A program made the position numbers and the translations under genes. Under the pieces are notes generated by a model. It had not been told where the DNA came from. It did no database searches and worked only from the letters and a program-made list of their open reading frames with translations. DNA of 64,000 bases from an uncultured Desulfarculus sp. (lineage in GTDB: Bacteria > Desulfobacterota > Desulfarculia > Desulfarculales > Desulfarculaceae). Positions 1-9,388 of the stretch are shown here, piece after piece. The DNA lies in assembly GCA_963665125.2 (NCBI GenBank), contig CAXXUK010000001.1, positions 3,360,001 to 3,424,000 of the forward strand, in the 5' to 3' direction. Each line of letters begins with the position of its first letter. Position 1 is the stretch's first letter.

Positions 1-511
1 GTTACGGCGCAGGGGCCGGTAGAAACTTTTGCCTGTTTTGGGGTTGGCATTTGCTGCGGTTATCATTTACAGCCGCGCAATCCGCCCCTCGGAAACAGCC
101 TTCCTTGGGGCTCATGCGCCCCTTCGGCAATTTGAGTCAGCCGTATCGGCCTCTCACGCCTCATGTGCTCTATCCTGGTGCTTTTGGTGCTTTTTACAAT
201 TCAATCCGTTTATTTCGGCCCCAATCCCGGCCGACAGCTAAACGATAGAGGGACGGAAGAAAATTGGAAATGAGGAGTGCACCTCATTCGGGTCCTGGAA
301 AATCCTCATTTTCCCTTGGGGAGATTGTGAATATCGGAACAGCTTGCGGGCGAGATGACCAGCCCGTCCTCTTTTGCCCGGAAACTCGTTTTTTTAGTTG
401 ATTTAAAACAAAGTTTCAGGGGCTATTACGCCCATAAAATAGGGTCCACTACCCATAGGCTCAGGACATTACGGAGTGGTATAAAGTAAAAGTTGTGTAA
501 TAGTTGGAGAC

Positions 512-2551
512 ATGCAGTTGTCATACGCCCAGTTCAAAAACTACCTGCACAGGCGTCAACCGGCGGCGATGCTGCTCGTCGCCTTTGCCGTTTTGTTGGT
601 CATGGGCGTAATCTACAGCCTGGTTGTTTACCAGGCCCTGCGCAATCAAGCCGAATCGGAAAACCTGATAGCCAACCTGGCCCAGGCCGAAAACGGCGGC
701 CATTTCATCGGCGACCATCAACAGGGATTATTGAACCGCCTATCGGTGATCGCCGGACGCACCGCCTTCAGAAAGGCCGTTACCGGCGGCGATATCGCCG
801 AACTCACGTCATTTCTTAAGCCGCTGGTGGGCGACCGGTCTGAAATGGATGCGGCCTTCGTGGCCGACGCCCAGGGCAACCTCATCGTCGGGCTACCCAA
901 GCCGGAACTTTGGGACAAGGTCGACCACGGCCTGCGGGCGGGCATCAGCGAAAAATGGATATCCCCCCAGCATCACAGCCCGGTTACTCCGGATTTGAAC
1001 GTGGTTACCCTGTCCGCGCCGGTGTTGACGCCCCAGGGAGAGGCCGTGGGCTATCTGGCCGTTTGCCAGCGCACAGACAAATGGAAAAAAACCTTTTCCC
1101 GGCTTTCCGCCCGCCCCGGCCGCAGCCTGGCCCTTTTCGATCAAAACCAAAACTGCCTCTACACCAACGCCAAGACCAACGATAAAGCCACCCGCCAATT
1201 GGCGCTGGAGCAACAAAAGCAAATGCGCATGGCTGGCCGTCCGCTATCCCGGCTGGCCAGCTTGCCGGAAGAACAGCAGGATTCCTTCACCGCGTGCGCG
1301 CCGGTTCCGGGCACCGGCTGGGCCGTGGCGGTGGTTCAGAATTACGATCTGGCCATGGCCCCGGCCAGACTTATGTTCCGCAACATCATCTTCTTCATGG
1401 GGCTATTGCTGGTCAGCCTGCTTTTTCTGGGTTTTCTGCTGCTGAGCCGTTACCGGCTCCAGCAAAGAATGCTCCTGGAGCTGGATGAGGAAGCCCGCCG
1501 CCTGGAAAACCTGGTACAGCAGCGCACGTCGGACCTGCGCCAGACAACCGAGAGGTTCCGCAACCTGATCCAGAACCTGCCCGATGTCGTCTACGAACTT
1601 GACGCCAACGGCAAGGTCACCTTTATCAGCAAGGCCGTTGGTCTGGTCTTGGGTTACGAACCGGGCGAAATGCTGGGCAAACCATGGCGGGATTTCATAG
1701 CGCCCCAAGACCGCGAACATTATGAAGACGAGCGCCAGCGGGCCGAGGCCGGCGACAAACTCAGCATCATGGCCCTGCGCCACCTGACCAAGGACGGTCA
1801 GATGCGCTGGCTTTCGATCCATTCCCGGGCCCTGTTCGACGCCGGGAAAAACCCCGTGGGGCGTCTGGGCGTGGCCAGGGACGTCAGCAGCGAGGTTTTG
1901 GCCGAACGGACCATCCGGGAGCTTTCCGGCCGCCTGATCAACGCCCAGGAAGAAGAGCGCAAGCTAATCGCCCTGGATCTGCATGATGAAATGGGCCAGA
2001 TCCTTTCAGCCCTGAAAATCGGCCTGCAAACCTTGGCCAACAAGGACGAGGGCAGACGTGAAGATATCAAGGAGATGATCAAACTCAACCAGCGGGTCAT
2101 GGACCAGATAAGGGCTCTGGCCTATCATCTGCGCCCGGCCATTCTTGACAGCTTCGGCCTGGTTGCCGCCCTGGAAGATCTCTGCGAATCAATAAACGAC
2201 TCCAAGCTGCTTAGCGTTGAATACCAATTCGACCCGGTTGATGAAAACGCGATGCCTCCCCAGATGCGCACCTCCTTGTTCCGGTTCGTCCAGGAGGCCC
2301 TGACCAACGCCATGAAACACTCCGGGAGCTTGCGGGTGGAGGTCGAACTCGTGTCTAATGATGCAGAGGTCATAATCAGGGTGCGGGACTGGGGCAAGGG
2401 TTTCAACGTCGATCAAGCTCTGGACGTGGGCAAGCACTTGGGCCTGGCGGGTATGCGAGAGCGTATCAGCCTGGTAGGCGGTCAGCTTCTCATAGATTCT
2501 TCACCAAGCGGGTCGATACTTACGGTGCGGGTCCCGCTGGGAGGCGACTAA
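512..2551 (+). CDS. Membrane sensor histidine kinase (periplasmic Cache-like domain, PAS, HisKA_3, HATPase_c)
   Basis: Two TM segments, PAS-like segment (PDVVYELDANGKVTFIS), H-box EERKLIALDLHDEMGQ, QEALTNAMKHS, DWGKGF, GLAGMRER. Confidence 0.93.
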   Translation: MQLSYAQFKNYLHRRQPAAMLLVAFAVLLVMGVIYSLVVYQALRNQAESENLIANLAQAENGGHFIGDHQQGLLNRLSVIAGRTAFRKAVTGGDIAELTSFLKPLVGDRSEMDAAFVADAQGNLIVGLPKPELWDKVDHGLRAGISEKWISPQHHSPVTPDLNVVTLSAPVLTPQGEAVGYLAVCQRTDKWKKTFSRLSARPGRSLALFDQNQNCLYTNAKTNDKATRQLALEQQKQMRMAGRPLSRLASLPEEQQDSFTACAPVPGTGWAVAVVQNYDLAMAPARLMFRNIIFFMGLLLVSLLFLGFLLLSRYRLQQRMLLELDEEARRLENLVQQRTSDLRQTTERFRNLIQNLPDVVYELDANGKVTFISKAVGLVLGYEPGEMLGKPWRDFIAPQDREHYEDERQRAEAGDKLSIMALRHLTKDGQMRWLSIHSRALFDAGKNPVGRLGVARDVSSEVLAERTIRELSGRLINAQEEERKLIALDLHDEMGQILSALKIGLQTLANKDEGRREDIKEMIKLNQRVMDQIRALAYHLRPAILDSFGLVAALEDLCESINDSKLLSVEYQFDPVDENAMPPQMRTSLFRFVQEALTNAMKHSGSLRVEVELVSNDAEVIIRVRDWGKGFNVDQALDVGKHLGLAGMRERISLVGGQLLIDSSPSGSILTVRVPLGGD

Positions 2552-2552
2552 T

Positions 2553-3230
2553 ATGGAACGATATAAGGTTGTTATCTGCGATGACCACGCAATCTACCGG
2601 GAAGGCCTGAAGACCGTCCTGACCCAGGATCCGGCCCTGGAGATCATTGGCGAGGCATCCAACGGTTATGAGGCAGTTGAAACGGTGAGGCGCCTCCAGC
2701 CGGACCTTGTGACCATGGACATCGCCATGCCCGAGTTGAGCGGCATCGAGGCCACCAAGCAAATCACCGCCGAACTGCCCCAGACCAGAATAATCATCCT
2801 CAGCGTGCATTCGCGCAAAACATTCATCCTGGAGGCCTTGAAGGCCGGAGCCAGGGGATACGTGCTCAAGGATTCGGCAGGCGAAAAGCTGCTTGACGCC
2901 GCCGGTTCGGTGTTGCGCGGCGAATGCTACCTTGATTCGCCCGTGGCCGGGCACATTGTCGATGAATATGTCAAGCTGCCGGAACTCAGCACGCCGGCCA
3001 AGGAGCAACAACCCCAGGAGCGTTTGACCGACCGGGAGCGCCAGTTGCTGCGCCTTATCGTTGAGGGCCTGCCCAACCGGGAAATCGCCGACAAGCTTTG
3101 CCTGAGCCAAAAGACCGTTGAAAACCACCGCGCCAATATAATGCGCAAGCTGGGCCGCCACGATGTTATCGGCCTTGTCAAATACGCCATCGCCACCGGT
3201 ATTGTGGACCCGGACTCCTGGAGCCGCTGA
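2553..3230 (+). CDS. NarL/FixJ-family response regulator (REC + LuxR HTH)
   Basis: DDH...D-I-x-M-P receiver; LTDRERQLL...EIADKLCLSQKTVENHRANIMRKL; starts 2 bp after the kinase stop. Confidence 0.95.
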   Translation: MERYKVVICDDHAIYREGLKTVLTQDPALEIIGEASNGYEAVETVRRLQPDLVTMDIAMPELSGIEATKQITAELPQTRIIILSVHSRKTFILEALKAGARGYVLKDSAGEKLLDAAGSVLRGECYLDSPVAGHIVDEYVKLPELSTPAKEQQPQERLTDRERQLLRLIVEGLPNREIADKLCLSQKTVENHRANIMRKLGRHDVIGLVKYAIATGIVDPDSWSR

Positions 3231-3357
3231 CGGTATCACACCCCTTTCCACTATGAGCACTCCATCGGCCTGAAATGAGGCCCGTTGCCCATGGCTGTTC
3301 CATGAAAAAGGTCATATCTTAACTAAAATAGGTACCGACTTTTTCGGGGGTGTTGCT

Positions 3358-3765
3358 ATGCAATATAGGGAGAACACAGCTTTCCGGATCGACCCGGTCG
3401 CTTCCTTGGATGATGTCCGCTTGGACCTTTACCTCTTTCACGACACGTTCGACCTTACCATCAGGGGTAAATTGGACGCCCCGGCGGTCATGAAGCGCTT
3501 ATTGCCCGTCATGGCCAGTTTGCCGCCGCAGCAAAACATCCGGCTCGATCTCTCATTGGCAAGCGACATGAACATGATGGCCCTCATGGCCTTGGTCGGG
3601 GTGTTGCGCAGTCATTGCCAGAAAGCCCGGCGCATCATCATTTGTGGATTGCCCGGTTGGGCCTTGGCCGAGTTACGCAAGGCCGGAGAGAGCCTGTTGA
3701 CCGATGGCCCCTGGCAAGTGGATCTCCAACCTGATGAAGTCTCCTATGTGAGGTCCTGCCAATAG
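3358..3765 (+). CDS. Hypothetical protein, STAS-like
   Basis: LTIRGKLD...IRLDLS...M..L..L pattern resembles STAS/anti-anti-sigma domains. Confidence 0.55.
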   Translation: MQYRENTAFRIDPVASLDDVRLDLYLFHDTFDLTIRGKLDAPAVMKRLLPVMASLPPQQNIRLDLSLASDMNMMALMALVGVLRSHCQKARRIIICGLPGWALAELRKAGESLLTDGPWQVDLQPDEVSYVRSCQ

Positions 3766-3787
3766 CCGTACCGATGGAGAGCGGCGA

Positions 3788-5017
3788 ATGCGTTTGGATC
3801 AAAAACTGATAAGCCTTCCTTGTCGGCCGGAGCAGATCGGCGGCCGCAACCAAGAACTTGCATTCATCCTGGAACTCAGCAACCTTCTGGCCGCCCTCAG
3901 CGGACTGGAGGCCGTATTGGAAGCGGCCTTGCGTCTGGTGCGCGACCGGTTTGATTTTGAAACGGGCCGGCTTTACCTGTTTGACGAATCAAGGGGCGAA
4001 CTGGTCTTGCAGGCCTCCCAGGGCCTGGACGTATCGGGCCTGGAGAGCATGCCCGTGGATCAGGGTTTCAGCGGCATGGCCTTCAGCAGGCGCTCCTTCC
4101 TTGCCAAGCGGATCGATGATCTGCCCGCCAAGGAGCGGGTTGAGCGGCTCAGGGCCAGGGGGCTGAAGTCGGTGGTCTGCGTACCGCTGATCGTGCGGGA
4201 TCAGGCCATCGGCGTGATGAACCTGGGCGCCCGGCGGGTTGTGCAGTTGGAAACCGACCACATCGATTTGATGATCGTGGCGGCCAATATTATCGCCGTG
4301 GCCGTGCAAAACAGCCGGGCCACCGAAGCTCTCGAACGGCAAAAGGAAGCGATAAGGTTTTTCGCCTACACCGCCAGCCACGACCTAAAGGGACCGGTGG
4401 TTGGCATAGGCGGCATGGTGCGCCTGTTGGCCAAGCACGAAGGCCACAAGTTCAGCGAGCGCGGCGCCGAGATATGCCGCCAGATCGAAAACGCCACGGC
4501 CAGGCTGGAGCTATTGGTCGGTGAAATCAACGCCTATATCTCGGTCAGCGAATCACCCATGGAAATGGCCGAGGTGGATGTGGCCGAGGTCATCGATGAT
4601 GTATGCAACGATTTCAGCCTGACCATGGAAAAGCGCGGGGTGCAGCTGCGCCTGCCCAAGCATCTGCCCAAGGTGAGGGCCGACAGGCTCGGCCTTACGC
4701 GCATATTTGAAAACCTGATCGACAACGCCCTGAAGTACGGAGGGGAAAACCTCAACCTGATCCAGATCGATCACCAGGAGTCGGACTGCTACCACACCTT
4801 CAGCGTGGCCGACAACGGCGTGGGCCTGACCAGCGAACAGGCGGAAACGATCTTCAACATGTTCAGCCGTTCGGAAACCAGCAGGGGCAGGCCCGGCAGC
4901 GGCCTGGGCCTGGGCATCGTCCGGGCCGTGGCCAAGCGTCACGGCGGCAAGGCCTGGGCCGATTGCGCGCCGGGCAGGGGCTGCACGTTTTATGTGACCA
5001 TAGCCAAGGGAGAGTAA
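3788..5017 (+). CDS. GAF-domain sensor histidine kinase
   Basis: GAF (SVVCVPLIVRDQAIGVMNL), H-box ASHDLKGP, NLIDNALKY, DNGVG, GSGLGL. Confidence 0.92.
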   Translation: MRLDQKLISLPCRPEQIGGRNQELAFILELSNLLAALSGLEAVLEAALRLVRDRFDFETGRLYLFDESRGELVLQASQGLDVSGLESMPVDQGFSGMAFSRRSFLAKRIDDLPAKERVERLRARGLKSVVCVPLIVRDQAIGVMNLGARRVVQLETDHIDLMIVAANIIAVAVQNSRATEALERQKEAIRFFAYTASHDLKGPVVGIGGMVRLLAKHEGHKFSERGAEICRQIENATARLELLVGEINAYISVSESPMEMAEVDVAEVIDDVCNDFSLTMEKRGVQLRLPKHLPKVRADRLGLTRIFENLIDNALKYGGENLNLIQIDHQESDCYHTFSVADNGVGLTSEQAETIFNMFSRSETSRGRPGSGLGLGIVRAVAKRHGGKAWADCAPGRGCTFYVTIAKGE

Positions 5018-5133
5018 CAGGCCCGGCGGCAAGGACCAATTATTCCTGGACTCCACCCGCCCCGCCGTACCACAATACCCCGACCGCCGGATAACCGGCG
5101 GCTGGGCGATTTTTCGGAGCGGCGGCGGCGATC

Positions 5134-6468
5134 TTGGGCAATTTCTGTAAAAATTTGCTTTACCTTTTCCTGGCCTTGCTCTGCCTGGGCCAGGGCTGCG
5201 TACATCCCGGCGCCAAGCCCGCCGATATCGACCTGCCCGCCCAGGACGCGGCCATATACCTGAAAAACCGGTGGCAGGTCCGCCAGGATGTGCAGCGTAA
5301 ACTAACCGCGGCCATGCTGGAGGAATATTTCAAGTGCTGGAACGAGCCAGACCCCCAGTTCGGCCTGGAGGCCATGCTGGAGGCCTTTGCCAAGACTGAA
5401 CAAGAGCCTGGCCTGGCCGAAAACCTGCTGCCCCGCCCGCCCCAGTGGTACCGTGAACTGGCCGGACTGGCCGATTTCGGTTCCTACCCAAACCATGCCT
5501 GGAAGGGCCTGACTTTAGGCGGGGTGAACATGCGCCTGTTGCCCACGGCCAAACCGGCGCTGTACGGCGCGGAGCGGGCCGGGGCCCTGATGTTCGACAG
5601 CCTGCAACAATCCCTGCTGCCGCCGAACATCCCGGTGTTTGTGCACCACATCAGCCGCGACGGGGCCTGGTGCATGGTCCAGACGCCCATCGCCTGGGGC
5701 TGGCTGCCGGTCAATTCCGTGGTCCGGCTAAACGACGCCCAGGCCGCCCGCTGGCAATCGCCTCCTTTTTCCGTATTTGTTGCCGATGACACCCCGGTCA
5801 AGGACCCGGACGACCGGTTCCTGTTCAAGGCCGGGATCGGCTGCCTGCTGCCCCTGGCCGACGGCCCCGGCCGGGTATTGGCCGCCCGGGGCGACGAACA
5901 GGGCTGGGCCGTGCTGGTCGAGGCCGCCGCGGGCCGGGACGCGGCAACCCGCCTTCCCCTGCGGTTTTCGGCCGACAACCTGGCCCGGCTCGTCAACGAA
6001 ATGCTTGACTCGCCCTACGGCTGGGGCGGCGGCTACGGCAACCGCGACTGCTCGTCAACCATGCAGGACCTGTTCCGGGTCTTCGGCCTGTGGCTGCCCC
6101 GCAACTCAACGGACCAGATGGATTCGGGCCGGATCATCGTTCTGGAGGGCTTGAGCAATAACGAAAAAGAGGAGCTGATTCTGCGCCGGGGCCTGCCGGG
6201 CCTGTCACTGGTGCACATGCCGGGGCACATCATGCTCTACCTGGGCCGCGACAGCGGTGAGCCGGTGGTCTTTCACAGCGTCTGGGGCCTGCGCCTGGAA
6301 AACATCTGGGGCCAGCAGGGCCGGGCCATGCTGGGCCGGGCCGTCATCACCACCCTGCGTCCGGGCCATGATCTGTTGATGATGCCCAAGCCGGAGGGCT
6401 ATCTGGTCAGCCGCATCGACGCCCTGACCCTGCTATTGGATGAGCGCGACCTGGAACCGGCCCCCTAG
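5134..6468 (+). CDS. NlpC/P60 family peptidoglycan endopeptidase lipoprotein with SH3-like domains
   Basis: Lipobox-like GQGC; PYGWGG...RDCS catalytic Cys; PGHIMLYLG. Confidence 0.85.
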   Translation: MGNFCKNLLYLFLALLCLGQGCVHPGAKPADIDLPAQDAAIYLKNRWQVRQDVQRKLTAAMLEEYFKCWNEPDPQFGLEAMLEAFAKTEQEPGLAENLLPRPPQWYRELAGLADFGSYPNHAWKGLTLGGVNMRLLPTAKPALYGAERAGALMFDSLQQSLLPPNIPVFVHHISRDGAWCMVQTPIAWGWLPVNSVVRLNDAQAARWQSPPFSVFVADDTPVKDPDDRFLFKAGIGCLLPLADGPGRVLAARGDEQGWAVLVEAAAGRDAATRLPLRFSADNLARLVNEMLDSPYGWGGGYGNRDCSSTMQDLFRVFGLWLPRNSTDQMDSGRIIVLEGLSNNEKEELILRRGLPGLSLVHMPGHIMLYLGRDSGEPVVFHSVWGLRLENIWGQQGRAMLGRAVITTLRPGHDLLMMPKPEGYLVSRIDALTLLLDERDLEPAP

Positions 6469-6510
6469 CCGTCCATGGTCCGCATAGCAGGATGTTTTTT
6501 CAACAGCCTG

Positions 6511-7083
6511 CTAGTGAAACAGCGCCTTGTAGCCGGTCTGGTAGATATAGAACCAGTGCACCCCGCCACCCCAGATCAACAACAGCCAGGTGGCCGCCGG
6601 ACCGCTGGCGATGCCCGCCAGCAGCACGGGCGAAAACACCTTCTCTTTTGCGCCCCGCCGGTTGACGATGATCCGGCAGACAAATTCGCACAGGGCGATC
6701 ATCGACAGGTTGGCGAACAGTTGCAGCATCAGCAGCGAGCCCAGCAGATAGTACAAGGCCTCGCCGATGCTGTAGACCTGGGCAACCGCCACCACCTCCA
6801 GGATATACCAGGCAAACAGCGGCAACAGCGAGGCCAGGACGCGCTCGCCCGGCGTAGCTCCCTTGAAATAGGCCCAGGGATAGATGAACAGCGGCGGAAT
6901 CAGGCGGGACAAAAACGAGCCGATGCCCGCCACCAGGGCCACCGGCCGGTGAACCTCGGGCGGAGCGATCATCCAGAGGTAGTGATGCAGCACATACATC
7001 AGCGCGCAGATGAACAAAACCGTACTTGCCGGGACGGCGAAACGGCTGGCGAATGATTTTTGTTGGATAACCCTAGCGTCCAT
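6511..7083 (-). CDS. Hypothetical multi-pass membrane protein
   Basis: About five hydrophobic segments; overlaps the sulfatase stop (coupled). Confidence 0.75.
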   Translation of the reverse strand: MDARVIQQKSFASRFAVPASTVLFICALMYVLHHYLWMIAPPEVHRPVALVAGIGSFLSRLIPPLFIYPWAYFKGATPGERVLASLLPLFAWYILEVVAVAQVYSIGEALYYLLGSLLMLQLFANLSMIALCEFVCRIIVNRRGAKEKVFSPVLLAGIASGPAATWLLLIWGGGVHWFYIYQTGYKALFH

Positions 7084-8455
7084 AACCAGCCTCTTTTCTG
7101 AGCTTGTCCAGCTTGGCTTTCAAACCGGGAAGGAGCTTGTCGCCCTGGGGCGTGCCCATGAGGTTGCTCATTTCCCTGGGATCTGTTTGCAGATCGAAAA
7201 GCTGATTGTCGGAGCTGTCGGGGTATTCGATGTATTTATAGCGGCCGGTGCGAACTGCCTGCAGATTCGGCACGCAGTAGGGGAAATCCTCGAATATTTC
7301 ATAGAGCCAGGCCTCCCTGCCCGGCGCGGCGGTGTCTTGCAGGTACGGCACCATGGAACTGCCCTGCATGGAGGCCGGAGCCGCCAGCCCGGCCATCTGC
7401 AAGATCGTGGGGGCCAGGTCGATGTTCAGCACCATCTGGGGGGCCACCTTGCCGGCGCTGTCCTTGAGGCGCGGATCATAAATGATCAGCGGCACGCGCA
7501 AGGCCTCTTCATAGGCCCAGCGCTTGTCCATCAGACGGTGTTCGCCAAAGAAATAGCCGTTGTCCCCGGCGTAGACGATGATGGTGTTGTCGGCGATGCC
7601 CATGTCATCGAGCTTCTTGAAAACCCGGCCGATCTCCAGATCCAGGGCATGCATGGTCTCCATGTACTTCTGGTAGGTCTTGCTCAGCGAACCCAAAAGG
7701 CCGCAATAAAGCAGGTTGCGGTCGGCCAGGCTGATCCAGTCGTCGGCCTCGGGCGGCATGGGCATCTTTTTATCCTTGTAGATCCCCGCCAGGTCCTTGG
7801 GCGGCAGGAACTGGTGATGCACGGCCTTGTGGCTCAGATACAAGCAAAACGGGTTGTCGCGGTCCTTGCCGATGAACTCCAGGGCCCGGTCGGTGAGTTC
7901 CTCGGTGATATATTCCTTGCGGGAGGCTTCTTCCTTGCCGTCGACGATGAGCGGGCAGTCGAAATAACGGCCCTGGCCGCCCTGGACCGTGAAGGTGATG
8001 AACTGGTCAACGCCCCGCAGCTTGGGCAGTTCGCCGGGCATGTGCCACTTGCCGATGAATGATGTATCGTAGCCCGCCTTTTTCAGCAGTTCCATGAAGG
8101 TGACGTTGGCGTTGTTCCAGGGCGTGAGGTTGTTTTTCACGCCGTGGGTGCTGGCGTATTGGCCGGTGAGAAAGCTGGCCCGGCTGGGGCTGCACAGGCT
8201 GGTGGTCACGAAGGCGTTTTCAAACCGCACCCCGCGCTTGCACAGCTTGTCCAGATTTGGCGTTTCCACCATGGGGTGGTTCAGGATGCTCAGGGCGTCG
8301 TAGCGGTGGTCGTCGGCCAGGATAAAGATTATATTGGGCCGCCGTGGCGGCGCGGCCCGGCCCAGGCGGGGCATGGACAGCCCGGCCAATCCGGCAGCCA
8401 AGAGCCCGCCGGTCTGGCGTAAGGCCTGGCGGCGGTTGATCTTTTTATTCCACAA
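7073..8455 (-). CDS. Sulfatase (formylglycine-dependent), probable Tat substrate
   Basis: NRRQALR twin-arginine signal; PNIIFILADD; CSPSRASFLTG; GKWH; GDNG. Confidence 0.93.
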   Translation of the reverse strand: MWNKKINRRQALRQTGGLLAAGLAGLSMPRLGRAAPPRRPNIIFILADDHRYDALSILNHPMVETPNLDKLCKRGVRFENAFVTTSLCSPSRASFLTGQYASTHGVKNNLTPWNNANVTFMELLKKAGYDTSFIGKWHMPGELPKLRGVDQFITFTVQGGQGRYFDCPLIVDGKEEASRKEYITEELTDRALEFIGKDRDNPFCLYLSHKAVHHQFLPPKDLAGIYKDKKMPMPPEADDWISLADRNLLYCGLLGSLSKTYQKYMETMHALDLEIGRVFKKLDDMGIADNTIIVYAGDNGYFFGEHRLMDKRWAYEEALRVPLIIYDPRLKDSAGKVAPQMVLNIDLAPTILQMAGLAAPASMQGSSMVPYLQDTAAPGREAWLYEIFEDFPYCVPNLQAVRTGRYKYIEYPDSSDNQLFDLQTDPREMSNLMGTPQGDKLLPGLKAKLDKLRKEAGYGR

Positions 8456-8638
8456 GGCTTCAGCTCCTGTCCGTGGTCACAATTTGTGACGTTGTTGGCC
8501 GCCACAATTGTAGCCAATTGGCCGCGAAGCATGTCAATGCCAAAGTCATGATTTCATACTTTTATAGGTATTTTTCAGTTGATTGCCGGAGGCCCGGGCG
8601 TCCCATTGGGAGTAAATTAATGATGGAGAGGTTTTCGT

Positions 8639-9259
8639 CTATTGCCCGACCAAGGCCATGATGGCCTCGATCACATCGTCGAAAGCCTCTTTACGGTCTT
8701 TTCCGGCCTGGCCGGTGCCCTGCAAAATCATGTCGCCGAACACCAACATGCCCATGGCCATGGCCTCCAGGGCCGCCACCATAACCTTGGGATCAATGCC
8801 GTTGCGCAGCCGTCCTTCGGCCTGGGCTCTTTCGGCGGCGGCAACCATATCTTCCATGATCGGAAAACCGGACTGGATGCGGCCCTCGTATTTGCCTCCC
8901 AGGCCGATCAGGGCCTCCAAACGCCATAACTGCTCGTGGCCCTGGATTGTCTTGAAGGCCTCGGTGAACCAGTCCCGGTCGAACGACACGCTGCCCACGG
9001 CTGTTCGCAGCCGCTCCAGCAAAGTGTTGTGAACTTCCCGCAGCAGGTTTTCCTTGGTGCCGAAGTGGCGGTGGATCAGCCCGTAGTTCACGTTGGCCCT
9101 GGCCGCGATATCCCGCACGGAAACAGCTTCCACGCCATTGGCCGAAAACAGTTCCGCCGCCGCCTTGATAACCGCCGCGCGAACGGCTTCACGGCCAATC
9201 GGCTTTTTTCCGGTGGGCGCCACTTGCCTATGCTTTCTCCACGCGATCGTTATCACCAC
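8639..9259 (-). CDS. TetR/AcrR-family regulator
   Basis: AAAELFSANGVEAVSVRDIAARANVNYGLIHRHFGTKENL HTH; start codon uncertain. Confidence 0.9.
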   Translation of the reverse strand: MVITIAWRKHRQVAPTGKKPIGREAVRAAVIKAAAELFSANGVEAVSVRDIAARANVNYGLIHRHFGTKENLLREVHNTLLERLRTAVGSVSFDRDWFTEAFKTIQGHEQLWRLEALIGLGGKYEGRIQSGFPIMEDMVAAAERAQAEGRLRNGIDPKVMVAALEAMAMGMLVFGDMILQGTGQAGKDRKEAFDDVIEAIMALVGQ

Positions 9260-9388
9260 CTAACTTAAAAGATATTACGAGCCTTGGGATATTTAAGCAA
9301 GCAACGGATCATCCACGCCACCACGGGCCAAATACTTTCAATGAAGGTTATTTTTTGGCATTATGACTAATGGCAGGGCACGCTGGTC

